From NCBI GenBank assembly GCA_900754115.1, contig CAAEBM010000057.1, positions 73,000 to 136,999 on the forward strand: 64,000 bases of DNA, in the 5' to 3' direction. This stretch comes from Bacilli bacterium. GTDB taxonomy: Bacteria; Bacillota_I; Bacilli_A; RFN20; CAG-631. The position numbers were made by a program, and so were the translations under genes. The stretch's first letter is position 1. Each line of letters begins with the position of its first letter. Below, piece by piece: positions 8,784 to 19,578 of this stretch. The notes beneath the pieces were generated by a model. The model was not told the origin of the DNA. It did no database searches and was given only the letters and a program-made list of their open reading frames with translations.

Positions 8784-11141
8784 TTAACTAAGAGTTTGTG
8801 AGACTTTAAAAAATTGTTCCCATGGGTCTTTTTTTTGTATTTGTTTGATTGCATTAAAAAGATTAAATTGATTGGGTGTAACTTTATCTAATTCCTGATA
8901 AGAAATAGGCATGGATACACAACCATTTTTAATGCGAACGGAATAGGGGGCAACGCTAGTTGCTCCTTTAGTATTGCGTACCCAATCAATGTATATTTTA
9001 TTTTTTCTTTGACTTTTACGCATATTGCTCGTATAGCGTTCAGGCCATTTTTGTTCCATCAATTGCGCAATTTGATTTGCAAAGTCGCGAAACTTTTCCC
9101 ATTTTACTTTTGCAACAAAGGGAATAACGACATGATATCCTTTATTTCCACTTGTCTTTAAAAATGAAATTAGTGACAAGTCATCTAATATTTGTTTTAA
9201 ATCTTTTACTCCTTGTCGCACTTGGTTTAAACTTAGTTTTTCATCAGGATCTAAATCAAAAACCATGACATCTGGTTGATTAAATTGTTGAATTTTACTT
9301 CCCCAAGTGTGAAACTCAATAGTTCCCATTTGTGCTTCGGCAATGATTCCTTTTTTTTCTTGAATATAAAAATAGGTTTCTTTTTTATTTTGTTGATTAG
9401 TAATCGTTTTTATATGAATACCCGCCATTTTTTGAGTGGGATGTTTTTTAAAAAAGCATTGTTTTGTCCCTTGTGGACACCGCACAACTGATAAAAAACG
9501 ATTTTGAACATAAGGAAGCATATATTCAGCAACTTGGTTATAATATTGCACCAAATCAAATTTCGTTATTTTTTCTTTAGCAAATACGATTTTTTGAGGA
9601 TTGGTAATGACAATTCCTTCTATTTCATTTTCATTTTTTACTTCTTCTTGGACCACTTCTTTTACTTTTTTATCTTCTCGAAGCCCTTTAAAACTCGCTT
9701 GTCTTAATAAATTTTGGGCAGTCCATTCCGCAAATTGCACTTCAGCCAAAAAATGAGGTTTTAAATACACTGTCGTATTTTTACTTTTTTCTTCCTTGAC
9801 AAAAAAACTCTTATTTGATACATATTTTTTAAATTTTAATAATAATTCTTTTTGTACTTCTTGAGACATTCCTGTTCCCACTTTTCCCACATAATTCAAT
9901 TGATTCTTTTCATAAACTCCTAAAAGTAATGCTTTAATGGGACGGTCATTTTGACTAGATAGTGTATAGCCACCGATGACAAATTCTTGGCGTCGATAAC
10001 ATTTTAATTTAATCCAATCATCATTTCTACGCCCTTGATATATTGAATCGACTTTTTTTCCTATTATTCCTTCTAAATTTAATTTTTTTGCTTGGGAAAA
10101 TAAAGCTTTCCCTTGATCTAAAACGTGTTGGCTATACAACAAATTCGGATATCCTTCTTTCATGATTTGTTTTAAAATTTCTTTTCTTTCAAGCAAAGGT
10201 TTATCTCTTAAATCTTTTCCATCTAAAGCTAAAATGTCAAAAATCACATAAGTCAGCGAAAAATTTCCTTTTTGTTTAATTTTTTGTTGTAGTAATTGAA
10301 ATTGACTGACTCCCTTTTCATCTAATATTACCATTTCACCATCTAAAACCATGCTTCGATGTTGAGCAAGTTGTTTTAAAGAGGGTAAAACTTCTTTAAA
10401 AATAGTAGAATAATCTTGTTGATTTCGGGATAGTAATTTTACTTTATCTTGTTCTATAAAAGATAAAATGCGATAGCCATCATATTTGATTTCATAAAGC
10501 CATCCTTTTTCTTTTGGAATTGTTTTTTTTAATTCTGCAAGTTGAACTTGTGCTTGGTAAAAAGGATTTTTTTTATCTTCTTTTGCAATTTGTTGCATTG
10601 TTTTTTGACTAATGATACTGGTCTTAAAACGACTAATTCCTATCGTTTTTTTAGCATATTGATCTTTTTCTTTGATGAGTAGCCAATGTTTCTTTTCTTT
10701 TTGATTTAAAAGACGAATTAAAGTCCAATATCCCTTTAATCGTTTTCCAAATAATTGAAATTTTAATACGCCCTTTTTTAGTCCATCTTTTAAAGGGTGC
10801 TCACTTTCATAAACTCCTTTATCCCAAACCATAACGGTTCCTCCTCCGTATTGGTTTTGGGGAATGGTTCCTTCAAAATCAGCATACTCTAAAGGATGAT
10901 CTTCTACTTGTATCGCCAATCGTTTATCTAAAGGGTTAAAAGATGGCCCTTTTGGCACAGCAAAACTGAGCAACACTCCCTCTACTTCTAAACGAAAATC
11001 AAAGTGAAGATTGGTTGCATCATGCCATTGAACGACAAAAAGACAGGAATCTTGTTTCTTTTTTTTCACTTTTCCTTGGGGTTCACTTGTCTTTTTAAAA
11101 TCTCTTTTATTTTTGTATTGTTTTAATTTTTTTTCTTCCAT
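8784..11141 (-). CDS. ligD: multidomain ATP-dependent DNA ligase LigD (phosphoesterase - ligase - polymerase/primase order)
   Basis: N-terminal PE domain (FVVQWHDATNLHFDFRLEVEGVLLSFAVPKGPSFNP...EDHPLEYADFEG). Ligase motif I EIKYDGYRIL. C-terminal LigD Pol domain (NPQKIVFAKEKITKFDLVQYYNQVAEYMLPYVQNRFLSVVRCPQG...FFKKHP). Confidence 0.85.
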   Translation of the reverse strand: MEEKKLKQYKNKRDFKKTSEPQGKVKKKKQDSCLFVVQWHDATNLHFDFRLEVEGVLLSFAVPKGPSFNPLDKRLAIQVEDHPLEYADFEGTIPQNQYGGGTVMVWDKGVYESEHPLKDGLKKGVLKFQLFGKRLKGYWTLIRLLNQKEKKHWLLIKEKDQYAKKTIGISRFKTSIISQKTMQQIAKEDKKNPFYQAQVQLAELKKTIPKEKGWLYEIKYDGYRILSFIEQDKVKLLSRNQQDYSTIFKEVLPSLKQLAQHRSMVLDGEMVILDEKGVSQFQLLQQKIKQKGNFSLTYVIFDILALDGKDLRDKPLLERKEILKQIMKEGYPNLLYSQHVLDQGKALFSQAKKLNLEGIIGKKVDSIYQGRRNDDWIKLKCYRRQEFVIGGYTLSSQNDRPIKALLLGVYEKNQLNYVGKVGTGMSQEVQKELLLKFKKYVSNKSFFVKEEKSKNTTVYLKPHFLAEVQFAEWTAQNLLRQASFKGLREDKKVKEVVQEEVKNENEIEGIVITNPQKIVFAKEKITKFDLVQYYNQVAEYMLPYVQNRFLSVVRCPQGTKQCFFKKHPTQKMAGIHIKTITNQQNKKETYFYIQEKKGIIAEAQMGTIEFHTWGSKIQQFNQPDVMVFDLDPDEKLSLNQVRQGVKDLKQILDDLSLISFLKTSGNKGYHVVIPFVAKVKWEKFRDFANQIAQLMEQKWPERYTSNMRKSQRKNKIYIDWVRNTKGATSVAPYSVRIKNGCVSMPISYQELDKVTPNQFNLFNAIKQIQKKDPWEQFFKVSQTLS

Positions 11142-11243
11142 AAGACCTCTTTTATAGTTTACCCCTTGAATATCTTTTTATTCTTGCATTGTCTTTTTTT
11201 TAAGACAACGCTATAATAAAACTAGTTTTTGGAGGAAATACAG

Positions 11244-12236
11244 ATGAAAAAAAATTCCCCTCTTTTAGATTTAAAGACGACAGAAAAAGCGATTAAATTT
11301 GTCAAAGAAACCTTTGAACAACAATTTGCTAAACAATTAAATTTATTGCGTGTTTCTGCTCCTTTAATTCTTTTTAACCACACGGGTTTAAATGATGATT
11401 TAAATGGTGTAGAACAACCTATTGTTTTTGACATTTGTCAAAAAACTCATTCCGTAACAATCGTTCAATCATTAGCAAAATGGAAACGTTTTGCTTTAAA
11501 AAAATATCAATTTCATGTTCATCAAGGCTTATATACCGACATGAACGCTATTCGAAAAGATGAAACCTTAGATGCACTTCATTCCATTTACGTTGACCAA
11601 TGGGATTGGGAAAAAATTATCACACCACAAGAAAGAAATTTACCTTATTTAAAAAAAGTGGTAAATAAAATTTATCAAGCTCTTTTACAAACGCAAAAAA
11701 AAGTCAAGCAAATGTACCCTCAATTACAAACTTTCCTTCCACCCACACTGCATTTTATTACAACTCAAGAATTAGAAAACCATTATCCATCTTATACAGC
11801 AAAAGAAAGAGAACTTGCAATCTGTAAAGAATATCAAGCTGTTTTTTTAATGCAAATCGGTCATCCTTTAAATCATTCAAAAAAACCCCATGATAATCGA
11901 GCTCCCGATTATGATGATTGGAAATTAAATGGTGATTTATTGGTCTACTCTCCTCTTCTTGATTGTGTCATTGAACTATCTTCAATGGGAATCCGGGTAG
12001 ATAAAGAAACATTAATTCAACAATTAACAATGGCAAATCAAATGCAAAAATGCTCTCTTTTTTACCATCAACTATTGATTCAAAATCAACTGCCCTTTAC
12101 CATTGGTGGTGGAATTGGTCAATCGCGACTTTGTATGCTTTTATTAAACAAAAAACATATTGGAGAAGTACAAGTTTCTGTATGGCCTAAAACCATAATA
12201 GAACAATGTAAACAAGAAGGAATCGATTTGTTATAA
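11244..12236 (+). CDS. asnA: aspartate--ammonia ligase (asparagine synthetase A)
   Basis: SLAKWKR, HSIYVDQWDWEKII, SSMGIRVD, TIGGGIGQSRLCMLLL match AsnA. GGAGGA RBS lies 7 nt before the ATG at 11244; the ORF track began at an upstream TTG. Confidence 0.9.
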   Translation: MKKNSPLLDLKTTEKAIKFVKETFEQQFAKQLNLLRVSAPLILFNHTGLNDDLNGVEQPIVFDICQKTHSVTIVQSLAKWKRFALKKYQFHVHQGLYTDMNAIRKDETLDALHSIYVDQWDWEKIITPQERNLPYLKKVVNKIYQALLQTQKKVKQMYPQLQTFLPPTLHFITTQELENHYPSYTAKERELAICKEYQAVFLMQIGHPLNHSKKPHDNRAPDYDDWKLNGDLLVYSPLLDCVIELSSMGIRVDKETLIQQLTMANQMQKCSLFYHQLLIQNQLPFTIGGGIGQSRLCMLLLNKKHIGEVQVSVWPKTIIEQCKQEGIDLL

Positions 12237-12548
12237 AGTTCCATTTTGAAAAACTTGATTCATCAAATTAGGGTATTTTAAAATAAATTCTTGAGAAGTA
12301 AAACTTTGATTTTGATAATATAGTTTTGTCACTTTCATAAAGCCATTGTGAACTTTTACAATGATAAAGCCTGCATATAAACTTTGTATTCCACCATCAG
12401 GAAGATATTGCATCGTAACAGGACCCACATAAGGTTCATATTCTAAAAAATAAATCGGTTCATCAAAATACATGGCTTTTAAAACACGATAGGGAAAATA
12501 AATGATATCTTTTTGAAAATCAACGGCTTCAATTTTAGTGTTTTCCAT
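12231..12548 (-). CDS. hypothetical small protein (105 aa)
   Basis: Complete ORF convergent with asnA. No recognisable motif. Confidence 0.4.
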   Translation of the reverse strand: MENTKIEAVDFQKDIIYFPYRVLKAMYFDEPIYFLEYEPYVGPVTMQYLPDGGIQSLYAGFIIVKVHNGFMKVTKLYYQNQSFTSQEFILKYPNLMNQVFQNGTL

Positions 12549-12633
12549 TTTTTTATTCCTTTCTTTTTTTGTCTAGGTTTTTTTATTTTAACATGATACA
12601 ATGGAAAAAGAAAGCATCAACAGGAGGAAGAAA

Positions 12634-14487
12634 ATGAATCATATTCGCTCTTTTTTTGCCAATGAAATCGAAGTTCAAGGTTGGCTTAGACAACAATTAA
12701 AATTACAAGCAGAAGGATTAAGTGGACATTTAGATGAAATTTGGCCAGACATTGCGCAAAGTGCCTGGATTGGAAAAGATAAAGAAGGATGGGAACGTCT
12801 TCCCTATTGGTTAGATGGTTTTATTCCTTTGGCCTATTTATTAAAAGAAGAAGCTTTAATTAAAAAAGTTCAATTTTATATTCAAACGATTATGAATCGA
12901 CAACAAGAGGATGGTTGGATTTGCCCTTGCCCGCAACAAGAAAGACAAAATTATGATTTATGGGCCGTTTTTTTAATCTGTAAAGTGTTGCATGTTTACT
13001 ATCAATGCAGTCAAGATGAAAAAGTTGTAGACGTTCTTTATGCGGTCTTTAAAAATTTATATGATTTATTCAAAAAAAATGAAATCTATTTAAAACATTG
13101 GGACCAATATCGCTATTTTGAATGCTTTATGTCCTTAGAATGGTTATATGATTTAAAAAAAGAACCATGGATGCTTGAATTAGCTAGCATACTAAATGAA
13201 CAAGGAATTCATTATGAAGATTTATTAGAAACCTTAAAAGAAACGAGAACAAAATGGAATTTACAAACACATGGAGTCAATGTGGCTATGGCTTTAAAGC
13301 AAGAAGCAGTCACTCATCGACTTTTGCAACAACCTTATCAAGACATTGCTGAAAAAATGTGGCAAATTTTAATGGAATATCATGGAACACCTATCGGCAT
13401 TTTTACTTGTGATGAATGCCTTTCTGAAAAAAGTCCGATTCAAGGTAGTGAACTTTGTAGTGTCGTTGAATTAATGTTTTCTTTAGAAATGTTATTTGAA
13501 AAAACAAAAGATCCAAAATGGATTGATCGCCTGGAAAAAGTTGCTTTCAATGCCCTTCCTGCCACTTTAAGTGAAGATTTATGGACCCACCAATATGACC
13601 AAATGGTCAATCAAATTCAATGTAGCCCTTTTTCTTCCCGTTCCATATTTTTAACAAATGGGACGGAAGCGCATTTATTTGGTCTAGAACCAAATTATGG
13701 CTGTTGTACAGCCAATTTTAACCAAGGCTGGCCCAAATATGCTTGTTTTTGTTTTCAACGCTGTGATGAAGGAATTATTCATGCATCTTTAACTTCAGGT
13801 CATATCAAAACGATGATTCAACAAGTTCCCGTTGAGGTTCGTGTCACTACTCATTATCCTTTTTCTTGTGAAATTCATTATGAGATTGTAACGGATAAAG
13901 AAGTAGAGTTTACTTTTTATATTTATATTCCTCATTGGGCAAAAGAAATTCAATTCAATGGTGAAAAAATAAAAAAACAACCTTTTTTGAAAATACATAA
14001 AAAATGGGAAGGAAAACAATCTTTTACTTTACAATTGTTTGCTACTTTTCATTATCAACCATATGACGATTGCTTATGGACTTTAGAATATGGTCCTCTT
14101 GTCTTTTCTTTACCCATTGAAAGTCGTTGGGAAAAGCATGAATACACTTTTAATGGTGTGACAAGAAAATTTCCTTATTGTGACTATCATGTCTATCGTG
14201 AAAGTGATTATAATTATGCTTTTGTTCAAGAAAAATGCAAACTCATCTTTGATTCTAATACTAAAAATCCTTTTTCTTTTAAAAATCCAGGTCTTCTTAT
14301 TCAGACAAAAATGCAAAAAATTCAATGGCCTTATGAAGAAGGATATGAAAATGTTTGTGCTAAACATCCTTTATCCCTATCCCCTATTGGAACAGAAGAA
14401 ATCATTTCATTAAAACCTTATGGAAGTTGCAAATTGCGCATGACAGCCATGCCATTACTACCTCAAAAAGGAAATCATAATAATTAA
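12634..14487 (+). CDS. glycoside hydrolase, GH127/DUF1680-like (beta-L-arabinofuranosidase family)
   Basis: AGGAGG RBS before the ATG at 12634. WERLPYWLDGFIPLAYLL and the Cys-rich YGCCTANFNQGWPKY are reminiscent of the GH127 six-hairpin fold. Assignment is by eye. Confidence 0.5.
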   Translation: MNHIRSFFANEIEVQGWLRQQLKLQAEGLSGHLDEIWPDIAQSAWIGKDKEGWERLPYWLDGFIPLAYLLKEEALIKKVQFYIQTIMNRQQEDGWICPCPQQERQNYDLWAVFLICKVLHVYYQCSQDEKVVDVLYAVFKNLYDLFKKNEIYLKHWDQYRYFECFMSLEWLYDLKKEPWMLELASILNEQGIHYEDLLETLKETRTKWNLQTHGVNVAMALKQEAVTHRLLQQPYQDIAEKMWQILMEYHGTPIGIFTCDECLSEKSPIQGSELCSVVELMFSLEMLFEKTKDPKWIDRLEKVAFNALPATLSEDLWTHQYDQMVNQIQCSPFSSRSIFLTNGTEAHLFGLEPNYGCCTANFNQGWPKYACFCFQRCDEGIIHASLTSGHIKTMIQQVPVEVRVTTHYPFSCEIHYEIVTDKEVEFTFYIYIPHWAKEIQFNGEKIKKQPFLKIHKKWEGKQSFTLQLFATFHYQPYDDCLWTLEYGPLVFSLPIESRWEKHEYTFNGVTRKFPYCDYHVYRESDYNYAFVQEKCKLIFDSNTKNPFSFKNPGLLIQTKMQKIQWPYEEGYENVCAKHPLSLSPIGTEEIISLKPYGSCKLRMTAMPLLPQKGNHNN

Positions 14488-14656
14488 TTTAAAATTTTTA
14501 TCGCAATCTTTTTAATGTTTGTACTCTTAAAATGATAATCAATTACGACCTCTTCTTTTTTTCTAGTGGAGTGATTTTAAAAAATTCAATATCGTATTTC
14601 GTTAAATAAAAGTCACATTTAAAAATATTTTTTTAACCATTTTACCTTCCTAATAG

Positions 14657-14697
14657 TAAAAAAGGCGCACTACTTATTAAAGTAATGCGCTTTTTAT
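14657..14697. terminator. bidirectional terminator between GH127-like gene and hsp20
   Basis: AAAAAAGGCGCACTAC-ttattaaa-GTAATGCGCTTTTT. Confidence 0.55.
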
Positions 14698-14713
14698 TAT
14701 TTTTTTAGATATC

Positions 14714-15139
14714 TTATTCAATAGGAATAAATTGATTTTCTTTTCTTTCTTTTTCTTCTCTTTTTTCAATTTTTAAAGTCAAAACCCCATTTTCAAGCTT
14801 TGCATGAATGTCCTTTTCTTGGATATTTTCTCCTAAATAAAAGCTACGAGAATAAGAACCATAGTGTCTTTCTTTATGAATATATTTTCCATGTTGTTCT
14901 TTTTGGTCATTTTCATCATGGAAAGTTGCACTAATCTTCAAATAGCCATCATTTAAAGAAATTTTAATATCTTCTTTTTTAATTTCAGGAACATCCATTT
15001 TTAATTGATAATGGTCTCCTTCATCTTTAATATCAGTTTTCATCATTTGGTTATAATTTCTTTCACTAGAAAAGAAATCATCAAAGAAAGGATCCATAAA
15101 GTCAAATGGGTCATGACGTTTAGTAAGATAATTACGCAT
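14714..15139 (-). CDS. Hsp20/alpha-crystallin family small heat-shock protein
   Basis: Alpha-crystallin domain (DIKDEGDHYQLKMDVPEIKKEDIKISLNDGYLKISA...GVLTLKIEK). GGAGGA RBS lies 7 nt before the ATG at 15139 (MRNYLTK); the ORF track began 5 codons upstream. Confidence 0.85.
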   Translation of the reverse strand: MRNYLTKRHDPFDFMDPFFDDFFSSERNYNQMMKTDIKDEGDHYQLKMDVPEIKKEDIKISLNDGYLKISATFHDENDQKEQHGKYIHKERHYGSYSRSFYLGENIQEKDIHAKLENGVLTLKIEKREEKERKENQFIPIE

Positions 15140-15162
15140 AGTGTATTCCTCCAATCCTTACT

Positions 15163-15189
15163 TTAGCACTCTTTGTACCCAAGTGCTAA
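15163..15189 (-). promoter_or_regulatory. CIRCE (HrcA operator) copy 1, between the -10 element and the hsp20 start
   Basis: TTAGCACTC-N9-AAGTGCTAA compared with consensus TTAGCACTC-N9-GAGTGCTAA (one mismatch). Confidence 0.7.
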
Positions 15190-15193
15190 TTAT

Positions 15194-15221
15194 ATTATAC
15201 AACCATTTTTAGCAATGTCAA
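15194..15221 (-). promoter_or_regulatory. sigma-A type promoter for hsp20
   Basis: On the minus strand: TTGACA, 16-nt spacer, TATAAT. Confidence 0.6.
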
Positions 15222-15235
15222 TACTTGAGTGCTAA
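15209..15235 (-). promoter_or_regulatory. CIRCE copy 2, overlapping the -35 element
   Basis: TTAGCAATG-N9-GAGTGCTAA. The right half is perfect; the left half has 2 mismatches. Confidence 0.6.
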
Positions 15236-15272
15236 TTTTTTACATTTTTTATTTTGCCCAAAAAATAAAATT

Positions 15273-16196
15273 TTATACCTCTACTTTTTCTTTTAATCTT
15301 TTGGCCAAAGGATGATTGGACTCATAAACTTCTTTTAATCTTTTTTTACTAATATGCGTATAGATTTGCGTTGTAGATAAACTTTCATGACCTAATAATT
15401 CTTGAACCATTTTTAAATCTGCATTTTGATTTAATAAATAAGTTGCAAATGTGTGCCGAAGCATATGAGGGGACACTTTAAAAGGAGTCGCTGCTTGATT
15501 GGCACGATTTTGCAAAAGAACTTGAACCATTCTAGGAGTTAAACGATGTCCATTTTGATTGACAAATAACGCTTGTTGTGTTGGATTTTTTTGCAAAAGT
15601 TGCCCATAAGCATAATTTAAATATTCTTTTAAATAACTTTGTGCACTTTTTTGAAAATAGACACGTCTTTCTTTATTTCCTTTTCCAATGACTCGAATGA
15701 CTTGCTCTTCTAAATCGACATCTTCTACATTTAATTGGCATAATTCACTGACACGCATTCCACTTTGAAATAACAAAGCTACAATACATTGATTTCGAAT
15801 TCCTAGTTCATATTTTTTTTCACAAATATGCAATAAGGATTGCACTTGTTCTAAAAATAAATCTTTAGGTAAAGGCTTATCCATTTTTAATAAAGGAATC
15901 GTTAAAAGTGGATTTTCAATATCTAATTCATTTCGTTTAATGTAATAAGTATAAAACCCTCGCAATGAAATGATTTTGCGATTGATACTTCTTTTGTTTA
16001 GTTGTTTTTGATGCAAAAATGTTAAATAATATTGAAATAATTCTTCATCTACTTCTTCAATTTTTGTTTCTTGTTGGTTTAAAAAAGTTAAAAAAAGTTT
16101 TAAATCTCTTTGATAGGAAAGCGCAGTTTGTAAAGAATACCCTTTTATTTGTAATAAATATTCCCCATATTGAGCAATTACAGCATCATTTTCCAT
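15273..16196 (-). CDS. xerC: tyrosine site-specific recombinase XerC (CodV-like)
   Basis: The C-terminal catalytic region [12 protein letters not shown]...[15 protein letters not shown] is conserved. The position downstream of trmFO matches the topA-gid-codV order in Bacillus. Confidence 0.8.
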   Translation of the reverse strand: MENDAVIAQYGEYLLQIKGYSLQTALSYQRDLKLFLTFLNQQETKIEEVDEELFQYYLTFLHQKQLNKRSINRKIISLRGFYTYYIKRNELDIENPLLTIPLLKMDKPLPKDLFLEQVQSLLHICEKKYELGIRNQCIVALLFQSGMRVSELCQLNVEDVDLEEQVIRVIGKGNKERRVYFQKSAQSYLKEYLNYAYGQLLQKNPTQQALFVNQNGHRLTPRMVQVLLQNRANQAATPFKVSPHMLRHTFATYLLNQNADLKMVQELLGHESLSTTQIYTHISKKRLKEVYESNHPLAKRLKEKVEV

Positions 16197-17455
16197 TTTT
16201 CTATCGCCTCGATACTCTTTTGTGCCAATATTTTTTTATCTTCTTTGAATTGTAAAATGCCATAGTTTGCATTCATCGGTTGAAACTTTTTTTGAGAAGC
16301 ATGACTGATATAATGGCATAAACTTCCAAGCATCGTTTCTAAAGGAAGTGTCAATAAAGGTTGATTTTTTAAAAAGCGAACCGCATTGATTCCCGCTAAA
16401 ATGCCACTAGCGGCAGATTCAACATAACCTTCTACTCCTATCATTTGCCCTGCAATAAAGAGATCTTTTCTTTTTTTACATTGTAAAGTCGCTTCTAACA
16501 ATTTTGGAGAACATAAATAAGTATTGCGATGCATGACTCCATATCGTGCAAAAGTTGCATTTTCTAATCCGGGAATCATTGAAAAAATCCTTTTTTGTTC
16601 TTTAAATAACAAATTGGTTTGAAAACCAACAAGATTATATAATTCATCTGCGACATCATCCTGTCTTAGTTGAACTACCGCAAAAGGCCTTTCTTTATCC
16701 TTTTGTTCTAAACCGACAGGTTTTAATGGTCCAAAAGTTAATGTTTTAAATCCTCTTTTTGCCATGGCTTCTATGGGCATACATCCTTCAAAGTAAATTT
16801 CTTTTTCAAAAGAATGTAAAGCCACTGTTTCACCATTGACTAATTCATGATAAAAATTAAAAAATTCTTCTTTTGTCATGGGACAATTTAAATAATCAGC
16901 AGTCCCTTTATCATAGCGATCTTTATAATATACTTTACTAAAATCAATGCTATTTTTGTACACTAAAGGTGCTGCAGCATCGTAAAAATATAAATCTTCT
17001 TCTAAAAATAATTCTTTTAAAGATTGTGATAAACCCAAAGAAGTTAAAGGCCCTGTTGCTAAAACGACAATGCCTTGAGGTAAAGAGGTCACTTCTTGCG
17101 TAATCACCTCGATAAGAGGATGCTTTTTTAAAGTTTCTGTGACCGCTTTAGCAAATAATTGCCGGTCAACTGCCAAAGCTTGTCCTGCTTGAACTCTTGT
17201 CTTATCTGCACATTGAAGAATTATACTATCGAGATAGCGCATTTCTTCTTTTAATAGTCCACAAGCATTTTCTAAATCATTTGATTTTAATGAATTGCTG
17301 CAGACAAGTTCTGCAAAATCAGCTGTATGATGAGCCCCTGTACTTTTTATGGGACGTTGCTCATATAATTTTACTTTTATTCCACGTTTAGCAATTTGAT
17401 AAGCGGCTTCACTGCCTGCAAGTCCTGCACCAATGACATGAATAGTATCTTGCAT
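16178..17455 (-). CDS. trmFO: methylenetetrahydrofolate--tRNA-(uracil-5-)-methyltransferase TrmFO (Gid)
   Basis: N-terminal FAD fold [21 protein letters not shown]. Length 425 aa. Synteny with topA. Confidence 0.85.
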   Translation of the reverse strand: MQDTIHVIGAGLAGSEAAYQIAKRGIKVKLYEQRPIKSTGAHHTADFAELVCSNSLKSNDLENACGLLKEEMRYLDSIILQCADKTRVQAGQALAVDRQLFAKAVTETLKKHPLIEVITQEVTSLPQGIVVLATGPLTSLGLSQSLKELFLEEDLYFYDAAAPLVYKNSIDFSKVYYKDRYDKGTADYLNCPMTKEEFFNFYHELVNGETVALHSFEKEIYFEGCMPIEAMAKRGFKTLTFGPLKPVGLEQKDKERPFAVVQLRQDDVADELYNLVGFQTNLLFKEQKRIFSMIPGLENATFARYGVMHRNTYLCSPKLLEATLQCKKRKDLFIAGQMIGVEGYVESAASGILAGINAVRFLKNQPLLTLPLETMLGSLCHYISHASQKKFQPMNANYGILQFKEDKKILAQKSIEAIEKWKMML

Positions 17456-17500
17456 CTTCGTTACCTCCTTTAACTGTTTTTATTATAACAAAAAAGCATC

Positions 17501-19462
17501 TTAGGATGCTTCTTTTTTTTCAGTGTATTTACATTTTGGATAATTACTACATGCTAAAAAACTACCATAACGACTTTTACGAATCACTAAATGACCAGTA
17601 TGACATAATGGACATTCTCGATCAATTGGATTTTCTTCTTTTAAAATATATTTGCAGTTAGGATAGCCACTACAAGCATAAAAGTTCCCATATCTTCCTT
17701 TTCTTAATACTAGTTCTTTTCCACATTTTGGACAGAGTTGACCATTTGTTTGCAACTCTTTTTTGATAACAGGCATCGTTTCATAAGCCTTTTCGACTTC
17801 TTTTTCAAATGGTTGATAAAAGTCTTGTAAAACGGTCACTTTATCCTTTTGTCCAGTTGCAATTTCATCTAGTGTCGTCTCCATTTGTGAAGTATATTCT
17901 ACATCCATAATGTCATTGAAATACTCTTGTAATTTTTGAGTCGTCACAATTCCTTGTTGAGTTGGAATAAAACTTCCTTTTTCAATGGTGACATAATCAC
18001 GAACTTTTATCGTATCAATAATCGTCGCATAGGTACTAGGACGTCCAATTCCTAAACGTTCCATCGTTTGAATTAAACGCGCTTCATTGTAACGATAAGG
18101 TGGTTTGGTTTCTTGTTGTTTAGCGTTTAGTTTATGTTCGCCAATAATAGAATTAGCAGTCACTTCTACATTTAAACTCTCTCTTTGAACCTTTTCAAAT
18201 TCATTATAAACTTTTGTAAAGCCATCAAATGTCGTCTTTTCTCCAACCGCTATAAAGCGATATCCTTCACAATTTAAATAGACTTTGTCTTGTTGATAAA
18301 CTTCTTCTTTCATCATTGAACACATGGTCCGATAATATATCAATTTATATAGTTTATATTCATCTTTTCCTAAATGTTCTTTAATTTGGTCTGGTACTAA
18401 ATGAATGTCTGTTGGTCGAATTCCTTCATGTGCATCTTGCACATTGGTCTTTCCATTGCTTTTATTACCCACTTTAGCCACTCCAACATACGATTCGCCA
18501 TAATTTTCTTCAATATATTTTTTAGCCGAACTGATAAACAAAGGATTAATTCGCACACTATCTGTTCTCATATAGGTGATTAAACCGACATTTCCGTTTC
18601 CTAAATCGACTCCTTCATACAACTTTTGAGCCATGCGCATCGTCTTTTTACTATCAAATTTATAAAAATTATAGGCATCTTGTTGTAAACTAGAAGTGAT
18701 ATGTACTGGTTTAGAAAATCTTCTTTTTTCTTCAGAAACAACGGTTTCTAAAACCATTTTCTTTTTCTTTAAAGCATCGATAAAGTCTTGCGCTTCTTGT
18801 AAGGTTTTAAAGTGAACTTCTTTATCTTGAGCATCAATGTGTTGAATTTTTACTTCTACTCCATCAATTAAAACAGAGCCATGTACTAAAAAATATTCTT
18901 CTTTTTGAAAATCATTGATTTCTTGTTCTCTTTCCACAATTAATTTTAAAACGACAGATTGAACTCGTCCTGCTGATGGAGAGGAAATCTTTTTTTTCAA
19001 TAAAGTGGAAAGTTTAAAGCCAATAATGCGATCTAAAATTCGTCTTGTCTCTTGGCTTTTTACCAAATTCATATCAATGAATCGTGGATTAGCAAATGCT
19101 TCTTGAATGGCTCGTTTTGTGATTTCATGGAATTCAACTCGTTTGGTTTGATTGACATCTAAATTTAATACTTCTGCTAAATGCCAAGAAATAGCTTCTC
19201 CTTCACGATCTGGGTCGGTTGCTAAAAAAACTTCTTCAGCTTCGTTGGTTTCTTTTTTTAAGCGTTTAATCATTGCTGATTTTTTCTTATCAATTTCATA
19301 AACGGGAGTAAATTGATTTTCTATATCGACACCTAAATTATCTACTCCTGTAATTGCTAAATCACGAATATGGCCAAAAGAAGACAAAACATGATAATTG
19401 GAACCTAAATATTTCATGATTGTTTTAGATTTTGTTGGTGATTCAACAATGACCAATTTCAT
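17501..19462 (-). CDS. topA: DNA topoisomerase I
   Basis: TOPRIM MKLVIVESPTKSKTI. C-terminal Cys4 zinc ribbons (CPKCGKELVLRKGRYGNFYACSGYPNCKY; CPLCHTGHLVIRKSRYGSFLACSNYPKC). GGAGGTG RBS before the ATG at 19462; the ORF track began at a GTG. Confidence 0.9.
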   Translation of the reverse strand: MKLVIVESPTKSKTIMKYLGSNYHVLSSFGHIRDLAITGVDNLGVDIENQFTPVYEIDKKKSAMIKRLKKETNEAEEVFLATDPDREGEAISWHLAEVLNLDVNQTKRVEFHEITKRAIQEAFANPRFIDMNLVKSQETRRILDRIIGFKLSTLLKKKISSPSAGRVQSVVLKLIVEREQEINDFQKEEYFLVHGSVLIDGVEVKIQHIDAQDKEVHFKTLQEAQDFIDALKKKKMVLETVVSEEKRRFSKPVHITSSLQQDAYNFYKFDSKKTMRMAQKLYEGVDLGNGNVGLITYMRTDSVRINPLFISSAKKYIEENYGESYVGVAKVGNKSNGKTNVQDAHEGIRPTDIHLVPDQIKEHLGKDEYKLYKLIYYRTMCSMMKEEVYQQDKVYLNCEGYRFIAVGEKTTFDGFTKVYNEFEKVQRESLNVEVTANSIIGEHKLNAKQQETKPPYRYNEARLIQTMERLGIGRPSTYATIIDTIKVRDYVTIEKGSFIPTQQGIVTTQKLQEYFNDIMDVEYTSQMETTLDEIATGQKDKVTVLQDFYQPFEKEVEKAYETMPVIKKELQTNGQLCPKCGKELVLRKGRYGNFYACSGYPNCKYILKEENPIDRECPLCHTGHLVIRKSRYGSFLACSNYPKCKYTEKKEAS

Positions 19463-19578
19463 AAAAATTAGCACCTCCGCGTCGATACTCTTTCATTTTT
19501 ACTACATTTAACCATTAAAGTCAATGCTATTTTTTATAACTTTATTCCTTAATATTAAAAATAATATTAAAATTTTTA

